Of a stretch of DNA of 64,000 bases, positions 9,440 to 18,230 are shown piece by piece (the first letter of the stretch is position 1; every line of letters begins with the position of its first letter). The position numbers and the translations under genes are program-made. The notes beneath the pieces are model-generated. The model was not told where the DNA came from. It saw nothing but the letters and a program-made list of their open reading frames with translations, and made no database searches. The stretch spans positions 1-64,000 of the IMG/VR virus record IMGVR_UViG_3300007735_000804; one strand, written 5' to 3'.

Positions 9440-9562
9440 TTTCGTTAAAGGGTAAGTAAAAGTCCAGGGGGAACTGGATAGTACGTTATTCCCCACAGCA
9501 CCCTCCACTGTGGGCATGAGAGACGTTTTTATACTCCCCATAGGTCTCGGTTAGTGGGAGTC
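9440..9562 (-). ncRNA. Structured psbA 5' UTR, PhotoRC-II-like motif
   Basis: Hairpin CCCACAG-TGGAGGGTG-CTGTGGG, plus ACTCCC/GGGAGT and GAGAC/GTCTC pairings; family assignment from recall. Confidence 0.6.
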
Positions 9563-9609
9563 ACAGTGTTGCGAAATGTTTTAATTTCGTAACATTTGTT
9601 TACCTATTT

Positions 9610-9638
9610 ATCATACTACTGTTTCCCGTCCGTGTCAA
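9610..9638 (-). promoter_or_regulatory. Sigma70-type psbA promoter
   Basis: TTGACA-17 bp-TATGAT, overlapping an ATAAATA late-like element. Confidence 0.7.
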
Positions 9639-9799
9639 GCCCCGTATTCTTCCAGTTTGTCCAGGACTTTGTTGAGATACTGGTGTGCCAACCATTTTGG
9701 ATCATATCCAGATTTATTCATCCACTCCTTATCCAAATCTCTTTTAATTTTGAGGATCTCACATTTTATGATGTCCTTTGTCAATTGTCCTCTTGGCAT
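9635..9799 (-). CDS. 54-aa hypothetical cyanophage protein (not in ORF track)
   Basis: MPRGQLTKDIIKCEILKIKRDLDKEW...HQYLNKVLDKLEEYGA. Confidence 0.65.
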   Translation of the reverse strand: MPRGQLTKDIIKCEILKIKRDLDKEWMNKSGYDPKWLAHQYLNKVLDKLEEYGA

Positions 9800-9858
9800 A
9801 TACAAAAAAAAACTCTGCCCCTTATTTAGAGCAGAGTTTATTATTATGTAGAATTATT

Positions 9859-9966
9859 TCACCAAACACCGGGAATAATTTGTCCAGTCAGGGCATAAGA
9901 TCCCATTGCGGCAACGATTCCGATCATTGCGAACCAACCATTAATGCGTTCTGCACGTTCGTTCAT
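9859..9966 (-). CDS. hli: High-light-inducible protein, 35 aa (not in ORF track)
   Basis: MNERAERINGWFAMIGIVAAMGSYALTGQIIPGVW; AExxNG and TGQIIPG motifs. Confidence 0.92.
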   Translation of the reverse strand: MNERAERINGWFAMIGIVAAMGSYALTGQIIPGVW

Positions 9967-9978
9967 TGTTTTTCTCCT

Positions 9979-10164
9979 TTATTTTACATTAGAATAGATT
10001 GAAGTTTCACCATAATCACGGTGAATTTTATAACCAACAACTGCACCCTTCGTGTTCATCAGGGCAGGCATAAAAACAATTGTGAAGAACACTGCTGGTG
10101 CTCCAATAAAGAGAGCAGCAACGATCACATAATAAGTCAGAATTTCAATTAGAGAGTGTTCCAT
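9979..10164 (-). CDS. Small single-TM membrane protein
   Basis: Probable start MEHSLIEIL; long hydrophobic segment. Confidence 0.6.
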   Translation of the reverse strand: MEHSLIEILTYYVIVAALFIGAPAVFFTIVFMPALMNTKGAVVGYKIHRDYGETSIYSNVK

Positions 10165-10423
10165 TGTAAGGGTGTTGTTGTTTAAGTTCAGGATTTGGTT
10201 GTGAAGGAACAACTGGGTTCCTTGATTTATTTTTGATGACGATGAAGGCATCGTTTTGATAGGATATAGTTCCAAATGGTTTTGCCCATTTTGGATTTGC
10301 ATCTGGATGAGTTGCAGTTCCTGTGACTGCTACACCACCGATTTCAACAGAGATGTCATCATTAGCATCCCATCCGAGTTCTTGTAGGGCAAGAGCAAAT
10401 TGCCCAAGCATCGCAGCGGTCAT
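10145..10423 (-). CDS. Hypothetical cyanophage protein
   Basis: 92-aa ORF coupled to its neighbours. Confidence 0.65.
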   Translation of the reverse strand: MTAAMLGQFALALQELGWDANDDISVEIGGVAVTGTATHPDANPKWAKPFGTISYQNDAFIVIKNKSRNPVVPSQPNPELKQQHPYNGTLSN

Positions 10424-10509
10424 CAGTATGTTTCTGAAAGTTGCTCAATAGCATAACCCAAAATTACGAAAAATGCAATAGTGGTTACTGTCCAGAGTGC
10501 TTCAGTCAT
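10423..10509 (-). CDS. 28-aa single-TM peptide (not in ORF track)
   Basis: MTEALWTVTTIAFFVILGYAIEQLSETY; TGATG overlaps at both ends. Confidence 0.55.
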   Translation of the reverse strand: MTEALWTVTTIAFFVILGYAIEQLSETY

Positions 10510-10718
10510 CAGAAGATTCCGAAGAAGAGTTTGCCAGTGAGAGCATAAGAAACAGCACCAGCAACAATGCCGACCATCGCCCAGCGTCCATTCATTTTCT
10601 CCGCTTTTTCTGCATAAGGTTCAAACCCATAACGCTCAATATCTTCTTTAGACATCCACATCGTAGGTTCTTTGGCAAACATATTCATTTGCCCGCGATC
10701 ATTAGTTGTTACAGTCAT
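10509..10718 (-). CDS. hli: High-light-inducible protein, long HliA/B-like type
   Basis: AEKMNGRWAMVG motif; N-terminal RGQMNMFAKEP; start placed after the promoter at 10746-10774. Confidence 0.92.
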   Translation of the reverse strand: MTVTTNDRGQMNMFAKEPTMWMSKEDIERYGFEPYAEKAEKMNGRWAMVGIVAGAVSYALTGKLFFGIF

Positions 10719-10745
10719 TGTACATTCGTTAAGAATTGTTACACA

Positions 10746-10783
10746 ATTATATAGTAAAAATAAAGGGGCGTCAAGCCCCTTTT
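10746..10783 (-). promoter_or_regulatory. Sigma70 promoter with its -35 inside a terminator hairpin
   Basis: AAAGGGGC-TTGAC-GCCCCTTT; TTGACG-17-TATAAT. Confidence 0.75.
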
Positions 10784-10813
10784 GTTCGGATATCGTAACT
10801 TGAGTACAAATAC

Positions 10814-11596
10814 TCATCCACCAGGATTGCTAATACGATTTAAATAGGGATCATAGGTCATTAAATCAGAAATTTGCATATCACATCCTTGAGTTTGCCA
10901 AAAATTAATCAGTGCATCATGACTTCCTTTATGATAAATATCAATATGCTCTGGATGAATAGCAGAACCCAAATCGAGACGATATAAGAATAAAGGAATT
11001 GAATATGTTTTACCAGATCCAAAAATAGTATCTTCTGAAACTGCCCTAGGTTTTACACCATTATCAAGTTTGAATTTATTACCGCGAATATGATTCTTGA
11101 TAATCTTTGCTGCGTGGTGACGTGTAATCAGATAAGCTGCCGCAGAGAAATCATTAATAAAATAATGGTGTAAGCGAACATGAATATTACCAGTACAAAT
11201 CGTAGTTAACTGCACACAGTCCCAATCATGAGGTAACTTTGATACAAAATCCTTCCAAGTAAAGTTCCAATATCTGGTAGGTTCTAAAGCAATGTCATCT
11301 TCAAAAATAAGAATATATTCGGCATCAGTATTCTCATAAAAATATTTAATTGCTTTCAAATGGGACATGCAGCATCCAATTTCATTTTGAGACATGTTAT
11401 CAGGAGCACGTCCAATTAAGAACTCACATACATCATCAGTTCTTCCATCAAAACCAGAAATTCTTAAATGATTTTCAATTCCCCAATAAGTAAATTGATC
11501 CTCCATATACTGACGACGATGATCATCAGCATCAAGATTCAACCATAAAATTTGTGGTAAACCATTTAATTTGTATAATGACTTATTTATGTCCAC
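10814..11596 (-). CDS. Glycosyltransferase family 25
   Basis: INL...RR, EIGCCMSHLKA and ILIFEDD motifs. Confidence 0.85.
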   Translation of the reverse strand: MDINKSLYKLNGLPQILWLNLDADDHRRQYMEDQFTYWGIENHLRISGFDGRTDDVCEFLIGRAPDNMSQNEIGCCMSHLKAIKYFYENTDAEYILIFEDDIALEPTRYWNFTWKDFVSKLPHDWDCVQLTTICTGNIHVRLHHYFINDFSAAAYLITRHHAAKIIKNHIRGNKFKLDNGVKPRAVSEDTIFGSGKTYSIPLFLYRLDLGSAIHPEHIDIYHKGSHDALINFWQTQGCDMQISDLMTYDPYLNRISNPGG

Positions 11597-12530
11597 GAAT
11601 CAGATTCTCCATAAACGGTAAATGATATTTTTGTAAAGTTGTATCCCAAGAAAATTGTTTAGAATATTCTACAATATTTTTTCTATTTTTTAAAGATACC
11701 TCTCTATTTTCTTTTATCTTTTCCCCTATAAAATTTATATCATTTATTTTATCTTCTGGTATTACAGTAATATATTCTTTACTTGTATCTAGATTTGCCG
11801 TTGCCCACTCCGAAATAACTAAACCCAATCCAGCAGATAAAGCTTCCATGCATACAAGAGCATGTGCTTCACCATCACTTAAAAGAACAAGGTTTGCAAA
11901 ATGCGTTAGATTATTATATAAGTCTTTCTTACTCCATTCGCCAAGATAATTTTTACTAGTGTCAAATCTACCATCTTCAATATTTCCAGCATAGTATAAT
12001 GAAGATATCTCCTGGAACATATATTGCCGTTTTCTATCCACAACTTTAGCAAGATAAAGGCTTTTATCAGAGTGCTCTGGGGTGTCAGTCACTTTAAAAT
12101 TTTCTGCATTTACCCCATTAGGTGTTACAAATATTTTTTCTTTTGGAATACCAAGATTTGAATACAATGTTGCAATCTCTTGAGATAATGCAAAAATATT
12201 AGGTTGAATCATTGGAAAGTAAGCAAGTTTTTGCCAATACCCTCCAATCAATTGAGGTCTACCCAAGTATCCATAATGAGTAGTAATTGCTGTTGGAAAT
12301 CTTAAGTGAGGATAAAGAACAACATAATCATCATACTGAATGTGTACAAAGTCTGGATTGAATGCATTAATCTCTTTCAATGCTTCATTAAGATCTGTTG
12401 TATTAACAATCTGAACATCATGTCCCATTTGCTTGTATGAAAGATTCATCTCCCATACAAGAATTTCAACTGCACCCCATCCTGTTGGAGGAATAGGGGA
12501 TAAACCAGGTCCAACTAATGTAATTTTCAT
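11583..12530 (-). CDS. GT-B (GT4-like) glycosyltransferase
   Basis: IPPTGWGAVE, PNGV, EAHALVCMEALSAG. Confidence 0.85.
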   Translation of the reverse strand: MKITLVGPGLSPIPPTGWGAVEILVWEMNLSYKQMGHDVQIVNTTDLNEALKEINAFNPDFVHIQYDDYVVLYPHLRFPTAITTHYGYLGRPQLIGGYWQKLAYFPMIQPNIFALSQEIATLYSNLGIPKEKIFVTPNGVNAENFKVTDTPEHSDKSLYLAKVVDRKRQYMFQEISSLYYAGNIEDGRFDTSKNYLGEWSKKDLYNNLTHFANLVLLSDGEAHALVCMEALSAGLGLVISEWATANLDTSKEYITVIPEDKINDINFIGEKIKENREVSLKNRKNIVEYSKQFSWDTTLQKYHLPFMENLIRGHK

Positions 12531-13492
12531 GTCAACTCTGTGATATTTTTTTCATAAAGTTTAACCAAACTTTCCCAAGAGAAGGTATTGGCGGCATAAT
12601 CTCTGATATCTTTTCTCATTTCAATAGATATTTTTCTATTTTCATCAATTGCTTTCGAAACATAATCAATGTCACTCCAATGCTCATCATCAATAATAGT
12701 GACATATGGTTCATTAGGAAGTTCATGTGCAGCCCACTTTGATGATACAACTCCAAGACCTGCCATCATACCTTCTTTAATGCAAAGAGGTGTTCCATTC
12801 TCACCATCAGATAAAAGAACTATATTTGCATAATCAGTTAGATGATCTAATTTGTATTGATGTTCCCATTCACCAAGATAATTTTTATTAGGATCAAATG
12901 GTGTAGTGTTTGTATACTTACCCACAAAATCTAGTGTATCAATCTGCTGATAAAGATACTGCCTTTTTCTTAATTCAATTTTAGCAAGATAAAGCGATCT
13001 ATTTGGTTTTATGCAAATATTTTTAAATGCGATTTCTTTATGATTTGCACCGTTTTGACAAATCCTTAATTTACTTTCGTCTGCCCCAGCATTCTTAAAT
13101 GCATTGTAATCTTTTTGAGAAATACAAAAATTATAGTATGTTTTATTTTTTGCTAGAAAATCAAAAACTGGTTTATAACCATACCGATTATGAATCTCTG
13201 GACGTTCAATATACGCATGATGACTACTGATTGCAATCTTTGCATTAGGTTGCAATTCTTTAATCCTATCCAGAATCTGATAGAACATATCATAATGAAG
13301 ATGAATGAAATCATATTGATCACTTACAAAATAATCAATAATTTCTTCAATATCGGGGGTGTTAATAATTACTCCCTCATGACCTAACTCACCCAATTCT
13401 TTTGCATACTCCCAGATTAAAATTTCAACTGCCCCCCAACCATTGGTTGGGATCTCCATAAGTCCTGGACCAATAAGTGCTATCTTCATCAA
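12527..13492 (-). CDS. GT-B (GT4-like) glycosyltransferase, paralogue of the previous gene
   Basis: IPTNGWGAVE, ENGTPLCIKEGMMAG. Confidence 0.85.
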   Translation of the reverse strand: MMKIALIGPGLMEIPTNGWGAVEILIWEYAKELGELGHEGVIINTPDIEEIIDYFVSDQYDFIHLHYDMFYQILDRIKELQPNAKIAISSHHAYIERPEIHNRYGYKPVFDFLAKNKTYYNFCISQKDYNAFKNAGADESKLRICQNGANHKEIAFKNICIKPNRSLYLAKIELRKRQYLYQQIDTLDFVGKYTNTTPFDPNKNYLGEWEHQYKLDHLTDYANIVLLSDGENGTPLCIKEGMMAGLGVVSSKWAAHELPNEPYVTIIDDEHWSDIDYVSKAIDENRKISIEMRKDIRDYAANTFSWESLVKLYEKNITELT

Positions 13493-14211
13493 TAAAGCTC
13501 CTTATACGCATGTACTAAAGTAAATTCAGAATTTCTAAAATCTGGTGTCTTCCAGGTTTCAGTTAAATTTGTGTTGATCGTATACTCTTTACCACAAACA
13601 AAATAAGCAATCTGCATATAGAGATCTAGCCACCCAAATCTATGATCCATAGTATTTAAAATCAAATCAAAATCATCATCAATAAAATCATAAATTTTAT
13701 GATAGTTGTTCAAGAATGTTTCAATATTAAAGATACTGCCGCCGCCAGCACCATACCAATCAACATTAGGTTGAGCACCGTACTTTGTTTTAATGTGATC
13801 TAACAATGCTGGAGAAATCTTATTGCCTGGAACATCAAAACCAGCACATTCCCATATTGGATCAATTTTAACTTCACCTTGAGTAAGTACATCATCCTCC
13901 ATCATGATCATATGAGTGCCATCATTATTAGCAACATGCTTTGCAGCTTCTCTAAAATGATGCAACCAATGAAGTGATTCATCTTTTGTAAAACCATATA
14001 CCCCAGAAGGATCACCCCAATTCCTTCTGCCAATTCTCATATAGGAGTGTACATAGTTGCAGTTATATTTTTCAGCAAGATCCGAATAATCGACTCCACC
14101 ATCACAAATAATTGTGTATGGATTATTTGGATAATACTTGCGAAATTCTTGAAGGACAAATTCTGTTGCTCTTTTATTTTGAAAAACAGTATGAAAACAT
14201 CCGAAAGTCAT
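13489..14211 (-). CDS. Putative GT-A glycosyltransferase
   Basis: IICDGG and MMEDDV motifs; island context. Confidence 0.6.
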   Translation of the reverse strand: MTFGCFHTVFQNKRATEFVLQEFRKYYPNNPYTIICDGGVDYSDLAEKYNCNYVHSYMRIGRRNWGDPSGVYGFTKDESLHWLHHFREAAKHVANNDGTHMIMMEDDVLTQGEVKIDPIWECAGFDVPGNKISPALLDHIKTKYGAQPNVDWYGAGGGSIFNIETFLNNYHKIYDFIDDDFDLILNTMDHRFGWLDLYMQIAYFVCGKEYTINTNLTETWKTPDFRNSEFTLVHAYKELY

Positions 14212-14213
14212 TT

Positions 14214-14993
14214 TTAATTTCCTTTTCTATAGTAGGGTTCAATGTCATCTCTATACAACCAAAACCAATGTGGTTCACCTGGAGGTGTTGGTTGAACATC
14301 AGGGATCATTCCTTTATGGTCATAACTAAAAGGTCCATTATAAAAACTAAACGATTTAGGATTATTCATCCCTACCCATTTTTCAAAATTCATTCTTGAG
14401 ATTGGACCAAAATCTCTAGAATCTTGTGGAAAAGCATCATTAATTGGATGGTGTAAAGTTCTAATATAAGAAGCATTAGACCACCAAAAATTACCACTCA
14501 TATGTGGCCATGGATCAATACAATAGTTTACACCAGAAACATCATGTGAGTCAAGCTTATTTACAGCATCTTTCCAATTATCAATGACACCCCATTCCAT
14601 AAAGTGTCTCCAACTATTAATTGCCCTAAACTTTCTATCAGAATAGTGATCTCTTGCACCAGCAAGATGACTCATACCTTTGGTATGAAAATAAAGAACT
14701 TTAATATTTGGATTATATGTACATTCTTCATAGAGATGTTTTAGAGTAAATCCTTCATATTGATCGTCAGTATTAGATACTTCTAAAACTCTTACCCAAT
14801 CATAAAGAGAAACAAACTCTGCAATTCTCGATCCTTGCTCACCGTTGATTGCACAATAAAATCTTGCTTCATCTAAAATCCCAGATCGATAAACACGTTT
14901 GAGTTGTTCGTCAACCATTAACTTCCAAAGATCAGTATTTGATGGACTCCAAATATGATAATAAATTGATAGATTCTTATCCATAATTACCAC
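14214..14993 (-). CDS. Putative glycosyltransferase-like protein
   Basis: YEGFTL, VLYFHTKG, SGNFWW. Confidence 0.55.
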   Translation of the reverse strand: MVIMDKNLSIYYHIWSPSNTDLWKLMVDEQLKRVYRSGILDEARFYCAINGEQGSRIAEFVSLYDWVRVLEVSNTDDQYEGFTLKHLYEECTYNPNIKVLYFHTKGMSHLAGARDHYSDRKFRAINSWRHFMEWGVIDNWKDAVNKLDSHDVSGVNYCIDPWPHMSGNFWWSNASYIRTLHHPINDAFPQDSRDFGPISRMNFEKWVGMNNPKSFSFYNGPFSYDHKGMIPDVQPTPPGEPHWFWLYRDDIEPYYRKGN

Positions 14994-15727
14994 TCTGGAT
15001 TTTCATGATACTGCTTATTGTCTTTAGATACATGGACAATTTTCTTTTCAAAATTACAAAATCTTTCAAATGATTCTGGAAATGCAAACTCTGGACCAAG
15101 AGTGACCACTTCACTTTTATTTAAAATATAAAACTTATTAATGTAACTTTCTTCATAAAATCTAGCAGTTACATTTTTTGACAGATCATCTTTAGTCCAA
15201 GAATCAATCTGACGCATCATATCAAATACATAGGGAACTTTGCCACCCCACAAACAAGTTTGCCAATACATTGATAGATCCATTCCAGGTTCAACACAAG
15301 CATTCGATTTTTGATTAGTATCAAAACAACCAGGAAGTCTATCATGAGGTGGCATCCTTAAGTAATGACATGGGTGATGAACACCAAGATATTTTTTACT
15401 ATCATCATTACCAAAAAATTCTTCAAATGTAACTTTATCATGTACAATCATGTCAGCATCAATCGTTACTAACCAATCACAATCCTCACAATCTTTTTCA
15501 ATCTCCAGCAATTTTTCAAATGTTTTAAAAAATGTATCTGGAAACCCATAATGCGGAATGTTTACTACTTTAATATTTTCAGGAATTTCTCCCTCAAACT
15601 CACCATCAGTAAAAACAAAATACTTTTTATCTACATTTGGCATGAAGTTTTCTTCAATAGAATCATACCAATCTGAAAAAAAATTTAAATATTTTTGTGT
15701 TCCCCAAAAAGTTATTGCAATAGTCAT
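14987..15727 (-). CDS. Glycosyltransferase family 6
   Basis: KYFVFTD, IDADM, HHP, WGG and EESYINK motifs. Confidence 0.85.
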   Translation of the reverse strand: MTIAITFWGTQKYLNFFSDWYDSIEENFMPNVDKKYFVFTDGEFEGEIPENIKVVNIPHYGFPDTFFKTFEKLLEIEKDCEDCDWLVTIDADMIVHDKVTFEEFFGNDDSKKYLGVHHPCHYLRMPPHDRLPGCFDTNQKSNACVEPGMDLSMYWQTCLWGGKVPYVFDMMRQIDSWTKDDLSKNVTARFYEESYINKFYILNKSEVVTLGPEFAFPESFERFCNFEKKIVHVSKDNKQYHENPEW

Positions 15728-15736
15728 TAATAAACC

Positions 15737-16534
15737 TCAAATTTTTAAGTCTTTTAAAAAGTGTTGACAAGACCAAGAAAAATATTCTTTAACCTTTGTA
15801 CAATCTAAATTTACGCAAGTTGTTTTTTGATTGCTTTTTTTAACTGTAATATCAAGTCTTCGAAGAGAAGCTATAATATCTATTATATCACAGATTTTAT
15901 AACTTTCATTACCAACCAAAAATGTAAAATGTTTAGTATCCATTTTTTTATAGATTGCCTTTAATATAAGTTCAACCAAATCTTCCACATGAATAACATC
16001 AACAATTGTATTAAGATTGGTATAAATCTCTACTTTTTCTTCTGCTGTTAAAAGTTTATCAATCAAACCATTTACTCTATTATTAACTGGTTTTCCAGAA
16101 TAAACATTGCTAACTCTAAATGCAATACTAGTAAATGAATATTTGTTGTGTAAAATTTCTACATAATTTTCCAAAAGAATTTTATGCGCCCCATATATTG
16201 ATTTTGGTCTTGGCGTAACATTTTCATTGATTACCTCATTAATTATTGAACTATGAAGATCTCCAGCAGAAGATAAGAATATAATTTTTCCATGAGGATT
16301 GGTTTGCAAATAATTTTCAAAGATTCGCAAAGGAATAAAAACATCACTAAAAAATGATTGCTCCACATCATCTATTGTATTTCTTGGAGTAGTTGATGAA
16401 GAAAGATGTACTAAAGTTGAATTAGAAGAAAATTTTACATCTGGTACATTATTTCTAAAAGTTATTGGATTTACTTTTATCTTATTAGATAAACACTTCC
16501 CTATCAAACCATTTGAACCAGTTACATAGATCAT
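15737..16534 (-). CDS. NAD-dependent epimerase/dehydratase (extended SDR)
   Basis: VTGSNGLIG, YGAHK. Confidence 0.85.
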   Translation of the reverse strand: MIYVTGSNGLIGKCLSNKIKVNPITFRNNVPDVKFSSNSTLVHLSSSTTPRNTIDDVEQSFFSDVFIPLRIFENYLQTNPHGKIIFLSSAGDLHSSIINEVINENVTPRPKSIYGAHKILLENYVEILHNKYSFTSIAFRVSNVYSGKPVNNRVNGLIDKLLTAEEKVEIYTNLNTIVDVIHVEDLVELILKAIYKKMDTKHFTFLVGNESYKICDIIDIIASLRRLDITVKKSNQKTTCVNLDCTKVKEYFSWSCQHFLKDLKI

Positions 16535-17389
16535 TTAAATAATTTTCCATCCTTCACAATAAAGATCTTTAGTATTGTGTTGTGAGTATGCTGATCCAAA
16601 CCATTTACTTGGAGCAACAATTTTTTTATTTGGATTTTTCTGCAACCAAGAACCCCACCAACTTAAACTACTATTAGCAATAATAGCATGAGAACACAAA
16701 GACATTAAACACAAATCAATATATGGAACTAAAGCACCATCAGAATACTTATGTTCTGGTTCAGAGAACATAAATCTTTCATCCTTAAAAAACTCTTGCT
16801 CTTTAACCCAATCAATTGAATCTGAAAAAACAAGAAATTTCATATCGTTTGGAAATTCTTGTATTGCTTTTTCATAATATTCAATTGACTGGACGGGATG
16901 TTGATCCTGTAGATTTACATATGCCCATTTGAATCCACGTTTATCTGCAAGATTAGGATCTCCTCTTCTAACATGAATAAAACCTATCTCTTCTCCATCA
17001 AACTGAGTCATAAATTCAAGACAGGGTTCTAACCAATCTTTCTTAAATGTAAAATCTTCTCTTACTTGATTTTTAATTTTTTTAAAATATTTTTCAGTTT
17101 GAAAAAAACCAACTAAAGAAACATCGTCTTGACAGTTATTAAACAAATCTTCGTCGAAATGAAAATGTTTTTCCTGTGCTACTTTTTCTGTCTGAATAAA
17201 ACCAATTTTCTTATTAGTGCTTAATTCAAAGCATTCAAGCAAACCATAATTATCAATTTGATATTCATCATGTTGTGGAGGAATAGTATATTCCAATCCA
17301 CAATTTGAAGCGATTCCCTTCAATGAAGCATATTGAAACATTTGATTACCTAATCTTCCAAGTGTTCCAATAGAATTATTACCAATCAT
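16535..17389 (-). CDS. Alpha-1,2-fucosyltransferase, GT11
   Basis: GRLGNQMFQYA, IHVRRGD, IIANSSLSWWG. Confidence 0.92.
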   Translation of the reverse strand: MIGNNSIGTLGRLGNQMFQYASLKGIASNCGLEYTIPPQHDEYQIDNYGLLECFELSTNKKIGFIQTEKVAQEKHFHFDEDLFNNCQDDVSLVGFFQTEKYFKKIKNQVREDFTFKKDWLEPCLEFMTQFDGEEIGFIHVRRGDPNLADKRGFKWAYVNLQDQHPVQSIEYYEKAIQEFPNDMKFLVFSDSIDWVKEQEFFKDERFMFSEPEHKYSDGALVPYIDLCLMSLCSHAIIANSSLSWWGSWLQKNPNKKIVAPSKWFGSAYSQHNTKDLYCEGWKII

Positions 17390-18230
17390 TTTTCATCTCC
17401 TGAAATACTTTAGAAATCCCACTCTCAATTGCTGTTTTTGGAATCCACCATTTAGTTATATAAGTATCTGGTTCGTTCTTTTTATTCATCTGAACCGTAT
17501 CTTTTTCAGTTGATGGTTGTATTTTTACGTTGTACTTTTCAATCAGATTGAATTGACCAATAATAATACTAGCAATATCTTTTATCTTGGTAGTTCTAAA
17601 ACTAGTAATATGTAAATTGTCTTCAGAAGTAAAGTCATCATAATTATTCATGATTGTTTCAAGAGCTTCGCAACAATCTTCTGCGTAAAGAAATTCTCTT
17701 TCTTCTTCACCATCAGTAAGCATATCAATTACACCCGTTTCAAATCCCTTACGAATGAAATCTGTAATGACATGTGACTTTTCATAATCTTTTTCAATAC
17801 CGTACACATTCCAAAATTTGACAATGAGACCATTCAAAGATTTGGTATAAATTTCCCCAACATTTTTCAACACTCCATAAGGTGAATAACTCATGTTACT
17901 CATCTGTGAAGATGCAAATACAAATCTTTTATTATACTTCTTCAGCAATCCAAAAGTATTTGCCATCAAACGACAATTATTATTAATGAATTGGAAAGTA
18001 TGTTGATACTTTTTAAGATATCTAGAACCACCTACATCAAATGCAAGAAAGAAAACAAAATCAGAATCTGCGATTCTTTCTTCAAGAAGAGGGTTTGGGA
18101 TCGTTGCCAAATCTTCAGATGAATCATTTACAATATCAAATTCATAAACATACTTCCCTTTATTTCGAAGGTATTCAGTTAAGTATGCACCAATTTGACC
18201 ACTAGATCCCAAGATTAAAATTTTATCCAT
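17379..18230 (-). CDS. NAD-dependent nucleotide-sugar epimerase
   Basis: GSSGQIG, YGVLK, REFLYAED. Confidence 0.85.
   Translation of the reverse strand: MDKILILGSSGQIGAYLTEYLRNKGKYVYEFDIVNDSSEDLATIPNPLLEERIADSDFVFFLAFDVGGSRYLKKYQHTFQFINNNCRLMANTFGLLKKYNKRFVFASSQMSNMSYSPYGVLKNVGEIYTKSLNGLIVKFWNVYGIEKDYEKSHVITDFIRKGFETGVIDMLTDGEEEREFLYAEDCCEALETIMNNYDDFTSEDNLHITSFRTTKIKDIASIIIGQFNLIEKYNVKIQPSTEKDTVQMNKKNEPDTYITKWWIPKTAIESGISKVFQEMKNDW

Noticed and set aside
8351-9541. 396-aa psbA ORF as given in the track
   Set aside because: The N-terminal 34 codons are 5' UTR and the last 28 residues are intron read-through; the real C-terminus is at 8230-8153.
9596-10002. Plus-strand ORFs upstream of psbA
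   Set aside because: They are antisense to convincing minus-strand genes (the 54-aa protein and hli) and to the psbA promoter.
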